Assembly (NCBI GenBank): GCA_028707125.1
Contig: JAQTUX010000001.1
Coordinates: 1,194,438 to 1,258,437, forward strand
Origin: Candidatus Omnitrophota bacterium
GTDB taxonomy: Bacteria; Omnitrophota; Gorgyraeia; Gygaellales; JAQTUX01
Direction: 5' to 3'
Length of the DNA: 64,000 bases
The notes under the pieces are model-generated. The model worked only from the letters and a program-made list of their open reading frames with translations, was not told the DNA's origin and searched no databases. Shown piece after piece: positions 61,247-64,000 of this stretch. The position numbers were made by a program, and so were the translations under genes. Position 1 is the stretch's first letter; each line of letters starts with the position of its first letter.

Positions 61247-62512
61247 TTATTGAGAAAACAAACCAGAAAAATTGCTTCTGATCGCCTCTATTCTTTTCAG
61301 CACTGGCGGGTGGCTGTAGTCCAGGAATACCTTGAGCGGATGAGGGGTAAGATTAGAGAGATTGTCAACCGTTAACTTTTTCAATGCCGTTATCATATCC
61401 TGCGGCCTCTTATATGTCCTGGCCGCGAACTCATCTGCCTGATATTCGTAGCGCCTGGAGAGAAAATTACCCAAAACCGAAAACAGCAGATTAATGGGAG
61501 TGTAGAGAAACCCGAAAAAGAACAGGCCGGCGTAAACCGATATATCCCGCATCCTGAAGGCGGAAAATAACCCCTCGTTACCTATGAAGAAAGACATTAT
61601 GAGAAACATAAGGCCCGTGGTCGCGACGGACAAGCCCATAATTTTGAATATGTGCCTGTTTTTATAATGGCCTATCTCATGCGCCAGGATAGATACCAGT
61701 TCATCTACGGTGTGCCTCTGGATAAGGTTGTCAAACAGGGCTATCCTGCGGTATTTGCCGAAACCGGTAAAGAAGGCGTTTGATTTGCTGGAACGCCTTG
61801 AGGCGTCCATCTTAAAAATGCCTTTTAACTGAAAATCCTGCGATCGGGCGTAGCCCTCTATCGCCCTCTTAAGCTCGCCGTCTTCAAGGGGTATGAATTT
61901 ATTGAAAAGCGGCATAATCACAACCGGGCCGATGAATACCAGGAACAGCTGGAGCAGCGAAACACCTATCCAACAGTAAACCCAGGCGCCCTTACCCGCC
62001 GCCGCGAACAGCCACATAACGAAGGAAAAAACCGCGCCGCCTATGACCGCGCCTAAAAGTAAGCCCTTGATTATATCAAGTATGAACGTCTTGGCCGTAG
62101 TCCTGTTAAAGCCGAATTTGCCCTCAATAACAAAAGTGCTGTATGCGGCAAAGGGAATATTGAATATTTGAAAGCCCAGCATCAGGATACCGGCAAAGAT
62201 CAGTCCGCTAAGGATGTAGCCGCTTGAGACGCTTCTTGCGAACTGATCAACATAGTTGAACCCGCCTATGAGTATAAAGGTTATAATAACGGCGGTAAAG
62301 AAGGTGCCTTTGATCAACCTGAATTTCGTGGTCTCCTTCAGGTATTCCTGCGACTTCCTGTATTTCTCCGCGTCATAGGACCCTTCAAATTCCTTAGGCA
62401 GAACCGGCGAGGCATGCCTGAGGTTCAGCGTCTCCACCCCCAGCCCCAGCAGGTATTCGCCGATAAGAATTACTAAAATTACAATTAGATAGATACTCAT
62501 TAAGATTGACAT
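61247..62512 (-). CDS. M48-family zinc metalloprotease (HtpX/Ste24-like), polytopic membrane protein
   Basis: HEIGHYKNRH (HExxH) and downstream Glu. The track start (62539) would translate through the palindromic element, so I prefer the ATG at 62510-62512 (MSILMSIYLIV...) or the next ATG. Confidence 0.75.
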   Translation of the reverse strand: MSILMSIYLIVILVILIGEYLLGLGVETLNLRHASPVLPKEFEGSYDAEKYRKSQEYLKETTKFRLIKGTFFTAVIITFILIGGFNYVDQFARSVSSGYILSGLIFAGILMLGFQIFNIPFAAYSTFVIEGKFGFNRTTAKTFILDIIKGLLLGAVIGGAVFSFVMWLFAAAGKGAWVYCWIGVSLLQLFLVFIGPVVIMPLFNKFIPLEDGELKRAIEGYARSQDFQLKGIFKMDASRRSSKSNAFFTGFGKYRRIALFDNLIQRHTVDELVSILAHEIGHYKNRHIFKIMGLSVATTGLMFLIMSFFIGNEGLFSAFRMRDISVYAGLFFFGFLYTPINLLFSVLGNFLSRRYEYQADEFAARTYKRPQDMITALKKLTVDNLSNLTPHPLKVFLDYSHPPVLKRIEAIRSNFSGLFSQ

Positions 62513-62535
62513 TCCCCACACGTAAGTGTGGGGTA
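62510..62535. repeat. 26-nt palindromic element CATTCCCCACACGTAAGTGTGGGGTA, copy 2, abutting the M48 protease start codon
   Basis: Identical to 41097-41122; in mRNA sense UACCCCACACUUACGUGUGGGGAAUG with the AUG at its 3' end. Confidence 0.7.
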
Positions 62536-62598
62536 ACATTCCGCCTCAAGGCAGCGGGGCCTGCCGCCGAGATAATCAGAGCAATGCACCCCTCGCCC

Positions 62599-62665
62599 AC
62601 AATACAACTACCCACTTTCCTATTCAATTCAGAAACAGTTTCTTACCTCTACCTGAAACAGTTTC
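62599..62665 (-). promoter_or_regulatory. Candidate promoter (-35 TTGAAT, 17 nt, -10 TATTGT) preceded by two copies of the inverted-repeat box GAAAC-N-GTTTC spaced 23 bp apart
   Basis: Plus-strand GAAACAGTTTC at 62632-62642 and 62655-62665; -35 at 62627..62622 and -10 at 62604..62599 on the minus strand, about 85 nt upstream of the M48 start. Confidence 0.4.
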
Positions 62666-62702
62666 CTACTATGCCCCTACTACAGCAATGACGTGAGGAA
62701 TT

Positions 62703-63161
62703 CTACGCTAAAGCCCGGATCGCCCAGACGATAAATCGTATGAGAAGCAAGGAGAGATAAACAAATCCTATCTTGACCAATAAATTCTGCGACCAGAAGC
62801 GGGCGTAGGCATCCGAGAGTTTTATCTGTATATTATTCACGAGTTCCGCTTTTTCTAAGGCAGCGCTGATATTCGCGCTCCTGGCAAACTCCTCTATCCG
62901 CCTGCGGATAAGCTTTGATGAAGGATGATGGACCTCCTGGAGGAATTTCAGGAATGCCTTGCGGTTAGACACGTTGGAATAACCTATCTCAGGATAAACT
63001 TCTATAATATGGGCTGCCCTATTGGCAAACCTTACCTTATATTTCGGATAAACTATAGGTATGTCTCCGGGAGAGATAGAAGCAAAGGCATACCATATCA
63101 CGATCATACCTGTCAGGATGAGCGCTTCTCTCGCTATGATCCTTTTGGCCGCCTTATCCAT
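62703..63161 (-). CDS. Hypothetical small membrane protein (N- and C-terminal hydrophobic helices)
   Basis: 152-aa ORF, co-directional and 12 nt downstream of the transglutaminase-like gene; no recognisable motif. Confidence 0.45.
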   Translation of the reverse strand: MDKAAKRIIAREALILTGMIVIWYAFASISPGDIPIVYPKYKVRFANRAAHIIEVYPEIGYSNVSNRKAFLKFLQEVHHPSSKLIRRRIEEFARSANISAALEKAELVNNIQIKLSDAYARFWSQNLLVKIGFVYLSLLLIRFIVWAIRALA

Positions 63162-63173
63162 ACTCTTATTATA

Positions 63174-64000
63174 TCACTTACTGAAAAACCTGACAGCATC
63201 TATCAACTTCTCATTATTGGATCCATTGATTATCTTCCTGTACAGCTCCTCGCTTTTTTTGCGGTAACCAAGCAGGTGGTAGCCCCTGGCCTTCAGCATC
63301 TCAAACTCATAGGGGTCTTTAATGTCCGGCCTGATCTGCTCAAAATATCTATTCTGGATTATGTTTATTATCGGCCTGAGCATTCCTAAGGGAACCCAGC
63401 TCAAGAAATCTAACCTGTTGCCCTTTACGTTCAATCGATATATGGGGACGTTAGAATAAATATCCCTGAATTCCGGATCCGACCAACAACTCTCGCCGGA
63501 GCCTATCGCATCCTTAAGCAGCGGGTCGTTCAAAATGATACCCGGGTCTTCCCTGATATCGCTCTGACTGGCTAACTTGCCGTCTTTGGTAACGAGGCCG
63601 AGGCCATAGAGAAGATCTACCAATACCCATCTTTTATCCGGCGCCAGGACCTCGGCTACGGTATGCGGCGATTCTCCGGACTTCTTCAGAAGATATACAA
63701 GGCGGGACGTTATCCCTATGCCGCGCGCCAGCCTCATAAACACCAGGGAACGGGTATCGCAAAATCCCGTGCCGTAAAGCAGGTCGCCGATCTCCACGGA
63801 ATCTAAAATGCGACGGTCTTTATAGACGGAATAAAGATTACCGTGCACAAACTTTCTGAGCGCGATGATCTTATCGTCGAAACCCGCGGCATTCTGAGTA
63901 ACGCCGCGCGCGATATAATAACACATTACCTTGTTGTACCGCTTTTCGGTTATACGCCGGGAAAAAAGCCCGTACACAGCAAGCGACAACAAGGCCGCTA
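63174..64000 (-). CDS. Transglutaminase-like cysteine-protease superfamily protein, partial (N-terminus beyond window end)
   Basis: GTGFCDTRSLVFMRLARGIGI (catalytic Cys context), HTVAEVL (His) and VLVDLL (Asp) in transglutaminase-core order. The frame is open to position 64000; the track's TTG start at 63992 is probably not the real start. Confidence 0.5.
   Translation of the reverse strand, partial: AALLSLAVYGLFSRRITEKRYNKVMCYYIARGVTQNAAGFDDKIIALRKFVHGNLYSVYKDRRILDSVEIGDLLYGTGFCDTRSLVFMRLARGIGITSRLVYLLKKSGESPHTVAEVLAPDKRWVLVDLLYGLGLVTKDGKLASQSDIREDPGIILNDPLLKDAIGSGESCWSDPEFRDIYSNVPIYRLNVKGNRLDFLSWVPLGMLRPIINIIQNRYFEQIRPDIKDPYEFEMLKARGYHLLGYRKKSEELYRKIINGSNNEKLIDAVRFFSK

Noticed and set aside
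61214-61260. Promoter for tRNA-Gly (TTCTCA-16-TAATAA) inside the 3' end of the M48 gene
   Set aside because: Both hexamers are weak and only 3 of 6 match consensus; not reported as a feature.
1-64000. Mobile genetic elements (transposase, integrase, phage genes) and CRISPR-Cas
   Set aside because: No ORF shows DDE transposase, tyrosine/serine recombinase or Cas signatures. The tRNAs are not followed by integrase genes or direct-repeat att sites.

Overview
All annotated genes in this 64-kb window lie on the minus strand; all plus-strand ORFs in the track are shadows of minus-strand genes. Most of it is a classical bacterial translation/transcription core. From higher to lower coordinates: tRNA-Thr, rpmG, tRNA-Trp, secE-nusG-rplKAJL-rpoBC-rpsLG-fusA-tuf, the S10/spc/alpha ribosomal operons (L30 absent, Z-type S14, rpmJ present, L17 with a K/E/P-rich tail), then aspC, leuC, pilT, leuD, an IDH3-like dehydrogenase, mdh, lpdA, lipB and a stand-alone 78-aa lipoyl domain. 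Above the core block come coaX, uvrB, nadC, valS, leuA/cimA, lysC, cstA, a thr cluster (ApgM-family proposed homoserine kinase, stand-alone coaB, thrC, hom), two PilZ singletons flanking tRNA-Pro and gpsA, a divergent ThyA-like gene, tRNA-Gly(CCA encoded), an M48 (HtpX/Ste24-like) protease, a small membrane protein and a transglutaminase-like protein that runs off the right edge. The only clearly accessory locus is at the left edge. There a sigma70-like promoter (TTGACA-16-TATACT) drives a 754-aa secreted protein with three tandem ~150-aa repeats plus PPC-like domains, followed immediately by the first ~1027 aa of a giant SpvB-domain/FG-GAP-repeat protein (Tc-toxin TcB/Rhs-like) that runs off the left edge. 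Non-coding signals worth a second look: a phased iteron-like array of CGCAGAT/ATCTGCG repeats between rplQ and aspC; a 26-nt palindromic element present just upstream of both rplJ and the M48 protease; a 33-bp perfect palindrome nested in a structured 269-nt spacer between rpmG and tRNA-Trp; a consensus TTGACA-17-TATAAT promoter inside the 3' end of coaX driving tRNA-Thr; and a 7-nt tandem repeat inside valS. I found no CRISPR array, transposase or integrase. I did not recognise a complete multi-gene novel system; the left-edge toxin-like locus is the best candidate but is truncated by the window.
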